Below are positions 8,686-17,704 of a stretch of DNA of 64,000 bases, one piece after another (the stretch's first letter is position 1; every line of letters starts with the position of its first letter). Location of the stretch: the NCBI GenBank assembly GCA_963822445.1, contig CAWGHO010000003.1, positions 992,001-1,056,000 on the forward strand, in the 5' to 3' direction. Both the position numbers and the translations under genes were made by a program. The notes beneath the pieces are model-generated. The model was not told where the DNA came from. It searched no databases and saw only the letters and a program-made list of their open reading frames with translations. This DNA is from an uncultured Acidobacteriota bacterium (GTDB lineage Bacteria; Acidobacteriota; Thermoanaerobaculia; Gp7-AA8).

Positions 8686-10797
8686 ATGCGCCACGTCCTC
8701 GCGCTGGTTGCGCTCGTTTTCGTGCTTCTTCCGAACGCCTATGCGGAGGAGGAAGAAAAGAAGGCGGACGGCTCCGAATCGAAGGTGGTTGAAAAAATCA
8801 CCGTGACGGCAGCGCGGTTCGAACGGCCGATCGATCTGACACCGCAGTCGATGACCGTTCTCGAATCGGCGGAGCTCGATGCCCGGCCGATGCTGAACGT
8901 GCAGTCGCTGCTCGACGACGTTCCCGGCATCTCCTACTCCCGCAGCGGTGCCCTCGACGGCCAGCTCACCGTTCGCGGTCTCAGCTCGAACGACTCGCGG
9001 ACGGTGTTGTTCATCGACGGCGATCGTTTCCGCGGACGGCCGTCGCTGGAGTACAGCTTCCTCGATCCGAACGAGATCGAGCGCATCGAGATCATCCGCG
9101 GCCCGGCGGCGGCGCTCTACGGCTCCGACGCGATGAACGGCGTGGTCAACGTGATCACGCGGCGTGCGCAGCCCGATCCGGCGTCGCCCGGTTTCTCTCT
9201 CCGTCCGCGGCTCTACGCTCTCGGCTACTCGAGCGCGAACAACTTCGCGGCGACGCGGCTCGAGCTGCAGGGCGCGAGTCAGAAGTTCGACCTCCTGGTC
9301 GGAGCGAACTACCGCGTCGCGAACGACTACGACACGCCGGCGGGCGCCATCCCGAACAGCGACATGGAGACGCGCTCGCTCAACGTCCGCGCCGGCTATG
9401 CGCCGACCGACACCGCGCGTTTCGAGATCGTCACCAAGTTCATGATCATCGAGGCCGGCCGCGCCACCGCTCCCGGCGCTCCGCTGGTCACGACCCGGCA
9501 AACGCCGCTCCGCGAACGCTCCGCGCGGCTGGGGTACACGCAGAGCCAGGTCGCGCGCTGGATGCAGGACCTGGAGGTCTCGGCGTACGCGCGCTACATG
9601 CACACGGTCATCCGCAGCGACACGCGCACCGCCGCCAGCGGAAACGTGGAGCTCCGCGACACGTGGGTGATCGGCCCGACGGTCACGGGCGGCAAGGTGC
9701 TGGGCCGCTCGATCGTCGGCGACAGCGTGCTCGCGTACGGCGTCGACCTCTATCGCGAGGACGTGCCGCCCTTCGACGACGAAGTCCGCGTCTTGAACAG
9801 CGCGGGCGCGCAGGTCTCGCTCAATCCGCGCGCGCCGCGCATCCGCGCCGCCGTGCAGACCAACATCGGCGCGCTGGCGCATTACGACTGGGACCCCACG
9901 CAGCGATGGACGGTGTCCCTCGGAAGCCGCTACGACGTCATCTGGACGGACATCGATTCGAAGCCGGCGCTCGGCGAGAGTCCGGCGCTCTCCGAGGCAT
10001 TCGCGCGGAACCGGTCGTCGCGGGACGACAAGCTCACCGGCAGCGTGGGGCTGATCTTCCGGCCGATGCCGATGCTCCATCTCGTCGCGAACGTCAGCAC
10101 CGCCTTCCGTTCGCCGACCACCTTCGACAAATCGGGATCGGGAACGATCGGCGCGCTGAACACGCTGCCGAACGCGGAGCTGAAGCCTGAATCGAGCGAG
10201 AACTACGAGGCCGGCGCGCGGCTCCGGTTGAAGAGCTGGAACGTCAACCTGACCGCGTTCCGCAGCGACTACGAAGACCTTCTGCAGTTCGTGTTTCCGA
10301 CGCCGTTGACGCGGCAGCGCCAGAACATCGGCCGCGCGCGGGTGCAAGGCTTCGAGGTCGACGGCACGGTCGAGATGACTCCGCGCTGGGCCTGGCGCTT
10401 CAACGCGGCGAACGTGCGCGCGACGAACAAGCTGACGAACGCGCCGCTGCCGTACGTGCCGCCGCTGAACGGGCTGTTGGCGTTGCGGCACACCGCGCCC
10501 GGCGACCTGTGGGTCGAAGCGTCCGGCCGCTGGTCGCGGGACAAGACGCGCATCGATCGCACCCAGGAGCGGCCGAAGGACGGATACCAGGTGTTCGGCC
10601 TCTACGCCGGCGGGGACCTCGCCCGGTTCGGGAAGGCGTTCGCGCCGTACCGGCTCACGATCGGCGTCGACAACATCACCGACAAGCAGTACGTGAATCC
10701 GGTCACGCGCGAGCTGGTCGGCTTTCCGGTGTCGCCCACGAATCCGCTCATCGAGCCGGGGCGGTCGCTGACCATCAATCTCACGGCGGCCTTCTGA
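8686..10797 (+). CDS. TonB-dependent outer-membrane receptor
   Basis: Signal peptide; TonB box EKITVTA; plug motif IERIEIIRGPAAALYGSDAMNGVVNVIT; NAELKPE; C-terminal Phe; GGGAGG SD. Confidence 0.93.
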   Translation: MRHVLALVALVFVLLPNAYAEEEEKKADGSESKVVEKITVTAARFERPIDLTPQSMTVLESAELDARPMLNVQSLLDDVPGISYSRSGALDGQLTVRGLSSNDSRTVLFIDGDRFRGRPSLEYSFLDPNEIERIEIIRGPAAALYGSDAMNGVVNVITRRAQPDPASPGFSLRPRLYALGYSSANNFAATRLELQGASQKFDLLVGANYRVANDYDTPAGAIPNSDMETRSLNVRAGYAPTDTARFEIVTKFMIIEAGRATAPGAPLVTTRQTPLRERSARLGYTQSQVARWMQDLEVSAYARYMHTVIRSDTRTAASGNVELRDTWVIGPTVTGGKVLGRSIVGDSVLAYGVDLYREDVPPFDDEVRVLNSAGAQVSLNPRAPRIRAAVQTNIGALAHYDWDPTQRWTVSLGSRYDVIWTDIDSKPALGESPALSEAFARNRSSRDDKLTGSVGLIFRPMPMLHLVANVSTAFRSPTTFDKSGSGTIGALNTLPNAELKPESSENYEAGARLRLKSWNVNLTAFRSDYEDLLQFVFPTPLTRQRQNIGRARVQGFEVDGTVEMTPRWAWRFNAANVRATNKLTNAPLPYVPPLNGLLALRHTAPGDLWVEASGRWSRDKTRIDRTQERPKDGYQVFGLYAGGDLARFGKAFAPYRLTIGVDNITDKQYVNPVTRELVGFPVSPTNPLIEPGRSLTINLTAAF

Positions 10798-12476
10798 TGA
10801 TTTTCGCGGTCGCCTTGTTCGCAGCGACCGGGTTCGCAGCCGCGGGAATGGTTGCGCCGCTTCGCGTGGCCATCCCGGTGGAAGTCGCGAACGTCACGCC
10901 GTACACCGCCGGCGTGCCGGAGACCTTGCTGGATCTGGTCTACGACAAGCTCGCCGCGCCGTCCCCGTACCTCGGCGACGCCCGGCCCTGGCTGGCCAGC
11001 GCGATCGTTCCGGAGGGCAGCGACGGGCGGACGTGGCGCATCGAATTGAAGGACGGCATTCGCTGGCATGACGGGAAACCGTTCACCGCGGAGGACGTGG
11101 TGTTCACGCTGCGCTACTACCGCGACGGCACGCCGAACCGCTGGACGCATCACGTCAGCGACAATCCGAAGCTGACGGACATCGAGCCGCTCGGACCGCT
11201 GTCGTTGCGCATCCGATGCGAGCTGCCGTGTCCACTCTTCGACAAAGTCACCGCGGCCGATCTGGTGATGCTTCCGGCTCACGTCTGGAAAACGGTGACG
11301 CAGCCGCACCTGCATCACGGTGCGTTGATCGGCACCGGTCCGTATCGGGTGACGCAATTCGCCCCGGGCCGGTTTCTGCGCCTCGATGCCAACCGCGACT
11401 ATTTCGCGGGAGTCCCGCGCGTCGGCAGTCTCCTGGTCTCCTTCATCCGCAATCCCGCGACCGCGTTTGCGGCGTTGCGCGCGAACGAGCTGGACCTCGT
11501 CGCGTCGGCCGTGCCGCCGGAGCTCGTCGAGTCGCTGTCGCGCCGCCCGGGACTCGCGCTCGCGGACGGCGGCGCGCCGTTGTACGCCCTCGAGATGCGC
11601 ATCAATTTCGATCGGCCGCCGTTCACCGCGGCGGCGGTGCGTCGCGCCATCGCGCTCGCGATCGACCCTGCGGAAGTGGTGAAGCGTGTCGCGCTGGGAC
11701 AGGCAATCCCTGGCGACCGCTACCCGGCGCCCGCGAGTCCGTGGACGATGCCCGGGCTGCGGCAGTTGCACGGCGATCGCAAGGCGGCCATGCGCATCCT
11801 CGAACAGCACGGGTTGCGCGGAGCGCCGTTGCGATTGAGCCTCAAGGTCTCGAGCAGCGAGCCGCTGCACCAGCGCGCGGCCCAGGTCGTGGCCCGGCAG
11901 CTCGCGGCGGCCGGGCTGGCGACGCGGATCGAGGTCGTCGATCCCGCGCGCATGCGGGCCCTCTACTCGGCGCGCCAGTTCGACCTGATGATCGCCGAGG
12001 TCACGCCGCACAATCTCGCGGACCCCGATCAGCTCATGCAATCGATCCTCGGCGGGTACCTCTGGCGCGCCGGCCTCCCGAATCCGGAGATGGAGGCTCG
12101 CATCGCGCGGTGGCGGGCGGCGTCCACCGCGGACGCGAGAATGCGCGCGGGATTCGCGCTGCAGGAGCTGCACAGCAGGGAGCCGGCGACGCTGATGCTG
12201 TATTACCCCATTTCGCGCTACGCGTACCGCCCGCGCGCGTACGACGGCTGGCGCGGCGTTCCGGGCATGGGCGTTTTTCACAAGTGGTCGCTGCTTAGGG
12301 AACGACGGGAGGCCTCCGGCGGCCGGGCCGCGGGCCCGGACCCGCTAGTTGGCCTAGCCTCCGCGACACAGCCTCCAATCCTGCGACAGAGTGTCGCGGA
12401 GGCTAGGCCAACCAACGGGGTCCGGGGCCGTTGGCCCCGGCCGCCGGAGGCCCCCGTGGTTCCCCGACATCGATGA
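10797..12476 (+). CDS. ABC transporter substrate-binding protein, family 5 (peptide/nickel/metallophore)
   Basis: LKDGIRWHDGKPFTAEDVVFT and IGTGPY motifs; TGATG coupling to the receptor stop; tail encoded by a palindrome. Confidence 0.88.
   Translation: MIFAVALFAATGFAAAGMVAPLRVAIPVEVANVTPYTAGVPETLLDLVYDKLAAPSPYLGDARPWLASAIVPEGSDGRTWRIELKDGIRWHDGKPFTAEDVVFTLRYYRDGTPNRWTHHVSDNPKLTDIEPLGPLSLRIRCELPCPLFDKVTAADLVMLPAHVWKTVTQPHLHHGALIGTGPYRVTQFAPGRFLRLDANRDYFAGVPRVGSLLVSFIRNPATAFAALRANELDLVASAVPPELVESLSRRPGLALADGGAPLYALEMRINFDRPPFTAAAVRRAIALAIDPAEVVKRVALGQAIPGDRYPAPASPWTMPGLRQLHGDRKAAMRILEQHGLRGAPLRLSLKVSSSEPLHQRAAQVVARQLAAAGLATRIEVVDPARMRALYSARQFDLMIAEVTPHNLADPDQLMQSILGGYLWRAGLPNPEMEARIARWRAASTADARMRAGFALQELHSREPATLMLYYPISRYAYRPRAYDGWRGVPGMGVFHKWSLLRERREASGGRAAGPDPLVGLASATQPPILRQSVAEARPTNGVRGRWPRPPEAPVVPRHR
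12298..12464. repeat. ~167 bp REP/REPIN-like palindrome inside the 3' end of the SBP gene
   Basis: Arms of ~72 nt; perfect 22 bp inner stem, 12348-12369 with 12391-12412. Confidence 0.88.
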
Positions 12477-13441
12477 AGCGCGCGGCACGGTTGTCCGGCT
12501 ACGTGGTCGTGCTGTGGCTCGGTGCGACAGCGAACTTCCTCCTGCCGCGGATGCTCCCGGGCGATCCGGTCGAGTTCCTGATCGGCGAGGAATCGAGCCG
12601 CCTCACCAGCGCGCAGCGCTCGGCGGTCCTGTCCCAGTTCGGACTGGAACGGCCGTTATCGGAGCAATACCTCCGCTACCTCGCCGGCATCGCCCGCCTC
12701 GACCTCGGCACTTCCGTCGGTCACGGCGCGCCGGTGACGCGACTGGTCGCCCAGCGTTTGCCATGGACGCTGCTGCTCGTCGGCAGTGCGATCGTGCTGG
12801 CCTTCGTGACCGGATTCATCCTGGCGGGCCTTTTTCACTGGGTCGGCAGCTCGCGCACGTCGTCGGCGCTGATGACCATCGTCGTGTTCCTCGGCTCGCT
12901 GCCGTCGTTCTGGACCGGCATGGTGGCGATCGCCGTGTTCGCGGTCTCACTCGGATGGCTGCCCAGTCATGGCGCGGCGCCGGTCGGGACTGCAGTCACA
13001 TGGATGAGCGTGTTGCGCCACGCGGTCCTTCCGGTGGCCACGCTCACGCTCGGCTATCTCCCTTCTGTGTTTCTCGTGGCCCGGGCGGCGCTGGAGTCGG
13101 CGCTGGGGGAGGGGTACGTCGCACTGGCCCGCTCGCACGGAGCCACACCGCTGCGCGTGCTCGTCCGGCAGGCGGCGCCGATCGCCGTTCTGCCGCTCGT
13201 CAATCAGTTCGCGATGAGCTTCGGCGTGCTCCTGGGCGGCACGGTCATCGTCGAAAGCGTGTTCGCCTATCCGGGGCTCGGGATGCTGCTGTACGAAGGC
13301 ATCCTCTCGCTCGATTTCCCGCTCGTGCAGGGCGTGTTTCTGCTGATGGTGTTCTCGGTCGTGCTGGCGAATGCCGCCGCGGACCTCGTGCAGCGGCGGC
13401 TCGATCCGAGACTTCGCGGAGGGCTGGACCTCACGTCATGA
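12473..13441 (+). CDS. ABC transporter permease (DppB/OppB/NikB-like)
   Basis: RMLPGDPV, EGYVALARSHG (EAA loop), IVESVFAYPGLG; ATGA overlap with the SBP stop. Confidence 0.9.
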   Translation: MKRAARLSGYVVVLWLGATANFLLPRMLPGDPVEFLIGEESSRLTSAQRSAVLSQFGLERPLSEQYLRYLAGIARLDLGTSVGHGAPVTRLVAQRLPWTLLLVGSAIVLAFVTGFILAGLFHWVGSSRTSSALMTIVVFLGSLPSFWTGMVAIAVFAVSLGWLPSHGAAPVGTAVTWMSVLRHAVLPVATLTLGYLPSVFLVARAALESALGEGYVALARSHGATPLRVLVRQAAPIAVLPLVNQFAMSFGVLLGGTVIVESVFAYPGLGMLLYEGILSLDFPLVQGVFLLMVFSVVLANAAADLVQRRLDPRLRGGLDLTS

Positions 13442-15705
13442 GCGTGCGCCGGATCGGAGCGGTTCTCGTCGCGATCATGGCGTCGCTCGCCGTCGCCGGC
13501 CCATGGATCGCTCACTACGAGCCGGATGCATGGATCGCCGCGCCGTTTCAGCCGCCGTCCGCGAGCCACTGGCTCGGGACCGACGACATGGGCCAGGACC
13601 TCTGGAGCGCGTGGCTGCACGGCGCGAGACATTCCGTGGTGATCGCGATGATCGCGGCCGTGGCCGCGACACTCATCGGCACCTTGATCGGAGCGGGCGC
13701 GGGCTATCGGCGAGGGGGATGGGATTTCGCCGCGATGCGTCTGGTGGATTTCTTTCTCACGCTGCCGTCGCTTCCTCTGGTGCTGGTCGTCGCGTTCTAC
13801 GCCGGCCCGAGCACGCCGATGTTGATCGCCGTGCTCATCTTCGGGTCATGGGCGCGTTGTGCGCGCGAGCTTCATCCGGCGGCGGCGGCTCTGCGCGATG
13901 CCGATTTCATCGTCGCCGAGCGCGCGATGGGAGCGACGGCGACCGGCATTCTCCTGCGTCACGTTCTGCCGGTGCTGTCGCCGATGATCTTCGCGCAGTT
14001 CGCGCGGCTCACGTACCACGCAGTGCTGCTCGACAGCGCGCTCGGGTTTCTCGGCCTCGGCGACCGGCGAGTGGTGAGCTGGGGTACTACGTTGTATTAC
14101 GCGAATGCGCGCGCGGCCTTTCTCGGCGAGTCGTGGTTGTGGTGGGTCCTGCCGCCCGGACTGGGCATCGCGCTGCTGGTCACCGGCTTCGCGCTGCTCG
14201 GCGTGGGCCAGCCGCGCGGCGCCGCGCTGCGGGCCGCGATGATCCCGCACGGACCGGCCCCGGATCCCGACCCGTCACAACTGCTCCAGACCGGCGATCT
14301 CCACGTGAGCCAATCGGGAACGCCGATCCTTCGAGGCCTCGACCTGCAGCTGGCGCCCGGCGAAGTGGTCGGCCTGGCCGGACTCTCCGGCGCCGGCAAA
14401 ACCACCCTCGTGCAGACGATCCTCGGACTTCTTCCGCGGGCCGAGATCGCGCGCGGCGGCGTGTGGCTCGCCGGCCAGGAGCTGCTGCGCATGCCCGAGC
14501 GTTTGCGCCGCCGAAAACGCGGGAGCGAGGTCGCATGGATCTCGCAGGCGGCGATGCAATCGCTCAATCCGGTGCGGACCATCGGCTCGCAGCTTCGGGA
14601 GGTCGCGCGTTTCGATCGCCGTAATCTCGATGTCGGCGGCCTGCTCGAACAGGTCGGCTTGTCGCGCGAGCTGAAGGATGCCTATCCGCATCAGCTCTCC
14701 GGCGGGATGCGCCAGCGCGTGGTCATCGCGATGGTTCTTTGCCGCGAGCCGCGCGTGCTTCTCGCCGACGAGCCGACCTCGGGCCTGGACAGCGATCGCG
14801 CGCGGGAGATCGTGGACCTGTTGACGCGCCTCTGCCGGGAGCGGCGCATGGCGTTGCTGCTGGTCTCGCACGATCTCGCATTGATCGAGCGCCATTGCGA
14901 TCGTCTGGCGATTCTCGATGAGGGGCGGATCGTCGAGAGCGGCCCCGCGGCCGCACTGCTCGCCGCACCGCAGAGCGCGGTCGCCCGGACATTGACGGCG
15001 GCGGCGCGGCCGAAGATGCGGCCGGCCGGCAACACCAACGATGGCCAGCCGGTCATTCTCGACATCGCCGCCGTCGATTTCGCGTACGCGACGGAAACCG
15101 TTCTCGAAGATCTCTCGCTGCAGATCCACGGCGGAGAATCGGTCGGGTTGGTCGGTCCGAGCGGCGCCGGAAAAACGACGATCGCGCGGCTTGCGCTGCG
15201 CCTGTTGCGTCCGGCGAGCGGCACGGTGAAGCTCCTCGGGCGCGACCTGGCGACGCTGCACGGCAGCGCCTTGCGCGCGCACCTTCGCCACGCCCATCTC
15301 ATCTTCCAGGATCCGTTCGCCGCGCTGCCCTGGCATCAGCCGGTGAGGACGATCGTCGCCGAGCCGCTGCGGCTCGCGGGCGTGAGCCGCGTCCGTCGCG
15401 CGTCCGCCGTCGCGCGTGCGCTCGCCGAGGCAGGGCTCGCGGAGAGCTACGCGGAGCGCAACGTGGACAGTCTTTCCGGCGGCGAGCGGCAGCGCGTCGC
15501 GCTGGCGCGCGCTCTCGTTGCGGAGCCTCGCCTGATCATTGCGGACGAGCCGACGTCGATGCTCGATGCGCCGATGAAATGGGCCTGGCTGGAACGGCTC
15601 AACACTTTACGCCGCGAGCGCGGCCTGGCCGTGCTGCTGATCACCCACGATCAGGCCCAGGCGGCGGCGTTCTGCGATCGCGTGGTGGCCGTCGAACCTC
15701 GTTGA
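13438..15705 (+). CDS. Fused ABC permease (DppC-like) plus two ATPase domains (DppD/DppF-like)
   Basis: HWLGTDDMGQD permease motif; Walker A GLSGAGKT and GPSGAGKT; signatures LSGGMRQR and LSGGERQR; ATGA overlap. Confidence 0.88.
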   Translation: MSVRRIGAVLVAIMASLAVAGPWIAHYEPDAWIAAPFQPPSASHWLGTDDMGQDLWSAWLHGARHSVVIAMIAAVAATLIGTLIGAGAGYRRGGWDFAAMRLVDFFLTLPSLPLVLVVAFYAGPSTPMLIAVLIFGSWARCARELHPAAAALRDADFIVAERAMGATATGILLRHVLPVLSPMIFAQFARLTYHAVLLDSALGFLGLGDRRVVSWGTTLYYANARAAFLGESWLWWVLPPGLGIALLVTGFALLGVGQPRGAALRAAMIPHGPAPDPDPSQLLQTGDLHVSQSGTPILRGLDLQLAPGEVVGLAGLSGAGKTTLVQTILGLLPRAEIARGGVWLAGQELLRMPERLRRRKRGSEVAWISQAAMQSLNPVRTIGSQLREVARFDRRNLDVGGLLEQVGLSRELKDAYPHQLSGGMRQRVVIAMVLCREPRVLLADEPTSGLDSDRAREIVDLLTRLCRERRMALLLVSHDLALIERHCDRLAILDEGRIVESGPAAALLAAPQSAVARTLTAAARPKMRPAGNTNDGQPVILDIAAVDFAYATETVLEDLSLQIHGGESVGLVGPSGAGKTTIARLALRLLRPASGTVKLLGRDLATLHGSALRAHLRHAHLIFQDPFAALPWHQPVRTIVAEPLRLAGVSRVRRASAVARALAEAGLAESYAERNVDSLSGGERQRVALARALVAEPRLIIADEPTSMLDAPMKWAWLERLNTLRRERGLAVLLITHDQAQAAAFCDRVVAVEPR

Positions 15706-15769
15706 CGGCAAGACTGATTTCCATCATCATTCGTCCGGGTCCCCACACAACAACCGAACAGGAGGAATC

Positions 15770-17659
15770 ATGCGAGCTTTCCGGCTTTTGCTCCCGGTGT
15801 TTGCGCTCCTCGTCGCCGCGTCGACGTCGTTCGCCCAGACCCTTCCGACGAATCCGCAACCAACCTGCGTCGCTTCGCCACAACTGTTCAACTCGTGGTT
15901 TGCATCGGGATCGGCCAGCCGCGACGGGGTCGTGAACCCGGCCAACAGCATCACCTTCCAGCCGGCGAACAACTGCAACTTTTATCTCTGGTCGCACCAG
16001 ATGCTCCTCTGGCTGCTTTCTCCGGCGCCTTCCAACTACGGCGGTTCAGGCCGCGTCTTCGACTCCGGCGTCTTCTACGACGTCACGACGGTGTTCTCGG
16101 GAAAGCGCTACTTCGTTCAACACACGGTCTTCCCGCCCGACGCGACAGCGGCCGATAAGGCGCGCAGGCTGGTCAGCGTGCGCCCCGCGAAACCGGGTCC
16201 GAACGGCCTGCCGGCCGTGATCGACCGGCAGGGCAACATCATCGAGGTCCTGCCCGCGACGACCGGCCCCAACAACCGGCCGCTTCTGTTCAACCAGGCC
16301 GGCAAACTGGTCGAAGCGATGCGCGTCACGGTCGGCGCCGACAAGAAGGCCGTCTTTCACGACGCGGCGGGGAACGTGATCCCGAAGCCGAAGATCAACA
16401 TCCCGGCGAACCTGAAGGGCGCACGCGTCGGCGTGCGGTTCTTCACCACCGACAACTCGCCGATCATCGTTGATTCGGACGGCGTCGTCTTCGACGTCAG
16501 TCCGGCCCAGGCCGGCGGTTCCGCGGTGCTCCTCGCGCAGAACAGCTCCGTCGTCTACTACACGATCGTGGCGAACGACGTCTACGCCTACTACGCCAGC
16601 CAGATCAACTCGCAGAACCCTGTGCCGACGGCGCTGTTCCCGACGACGCAGGCCGACCTGAACGCGATCCAGCAGTACGCCGGCCAGACGTTCCCGGACG
16701 GCATCGCCCTCGCCGTGGAGGTGAAACTGGCGTGGGTCGACATCTCCGCCGTGCAGAACCCGGGCACCTACATCACCTCACCGGCGTTCGTGCCGACGTA
16801 CGACACGTCGAATCCGAAGAAGTGGGTGCCGACAGGCGAGAAGTTCACCACCCTGGCCCTGGTCGGCGTCCATTTCGTCGGCAGCGTGAACGGGCATCCG
16901 GAGATGGTCTGGTCGACCTTCGAGCACTTCGGCAACTCGCCGGTCGGCCAGTACCAGTACGTCAACACAGCGAACCAGACCGTCACCGTCCCAGCCAACT
17001 CGGCCGGAACGTGGCTGTTCTCGACGAGCAACTCCAGCGGTCCGTTCAACGTGGCGCACGCGAACTACCAGGCCCCGCCGTACATCCAGGGGAGTCCCAT
17101 CCCGAACCAGTCGGGTCAGTTCTTCAACGTGAGCCCGAGCGACACGCAGCTCGTCTATCAGTTCGGTGTGGCCCCGACCGGCGTCCCGAATCAGGAGGAT
17201 GCTACGCCGGCCGCCGCGAACACGGAGGTCCTCTCGAGCGACAACAGCGTGCTGGGCCAGCTCAACACACTGGCCAAAGGCGACGTCCGCGCGAACTACT
17301 ACTTCGTCGGCTCGACCTGGACGTTCGGCGGCTACGCGCCCACCGGGCAGTACAACCCGTCCACCAACAACGGCAACGGTGCCGAGATCGGGACGAACCG
17401 CCTCGCCAACAGCACGATGGAGACGTACCACCAGGCCACCGGCAACTCCGGCTCGAACTGCTTCACCTGCCACTCCGACACGTCGACCGGACACAAGGCA
17501 ACGACGGCCGTCAGCCACATCTTCAGCGAGATGATGCCGCTCGGCAGCGTCCTGGCGGTCTCGCCGACCGACGCGCCGCCTCCGAAAGTCATCCCGACGG
17601 GCACGAAGGCGAGCTCCGCAACGAAGGCGAACAGCCGCGAAACGAAGAAGAAAGACTGA
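15770..17659 (+). CDS. Secreted protein with one C-terminal c-type heme motif (CxxCH)
   Basis: Signal peptide ...SFA|Q; AGGAGG SD; LANSTMETY...NCFTCH. Confidence 0.7.
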   Translation: MRAFRLLLPVFALLVAASTSFAQTLPTNPQPTCVASPQLFNSWFASGSASRDGVVNPANSITFQPANNCNFYLWSHQMLLWLLSPAPSNYGGSGRVFDSGVFYDVTTVFSGKRYFVQHTVFPPDATAADKARRLVSVRPAKPGPNGLPAVIDRQGNIIEVLPATTGPNNRPLLFNQAGKLVEAMRVTVGADKKAVFHDAAGNVIPKPKINIPANLKGARVGVRFFTTDNSPIIVDSDGVVFDVSPAQAGGSAVLLAQNSSVVYYTIVANDVYAYYASQINSQNPVPTALFPTTQADLNAIQQYAGQTFPDGIALAVEVKLAWVDISAVQNPGTYITSPAFVPTYDTSNPKKWVPTGEKFTTLALVGVHFVGSVNGHPEMVWSTFEHFGNSPVGQYQYVNTANQTVTVPANSAGTWLFSTSNSSGPFNVAHANYQAPPYIQGSPIPNQSGQFFNVSPSDTQLVYQFGVAPTGVPNQEDATPAAANTEVLSSDNSVLGQLNTLAKGDVRANYYFVGSTWTFGGYAPTGQYNPSTNNGNGAEIGTNRLANSTMETYHQATGNSGSNCFTCHSDTSTGHKATTAVSHIFSEMMPLGSVLAVSPTDAPPPKVIPTGTKASSATKANSRETKKKD

Positions 17660-17672
17660 TCGAATTTCGGCT

Positions 17673-17704
17673 GTGGAGGACAGGCAATCCTGCCTGTCCT
17701 CCAC
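17673..17704. terminator. 14-bp perfect hairpin between convergent genes (REP-like or bidirectional terminator)
   Basis: gtggaggacaggca-atcc-tgcctgtcctccac. Confidence 0.65.

Noticed and set aside
10509-13437. Long N-terminal extensions in track ORFs 10509..12476, 12391..15705 and 12431..13441 (likewise 27965, 34330, 54361, 59324)
   Set aside because: They overlap neighbouring genes; internal starts with stop/start coupling or SD sites fit better
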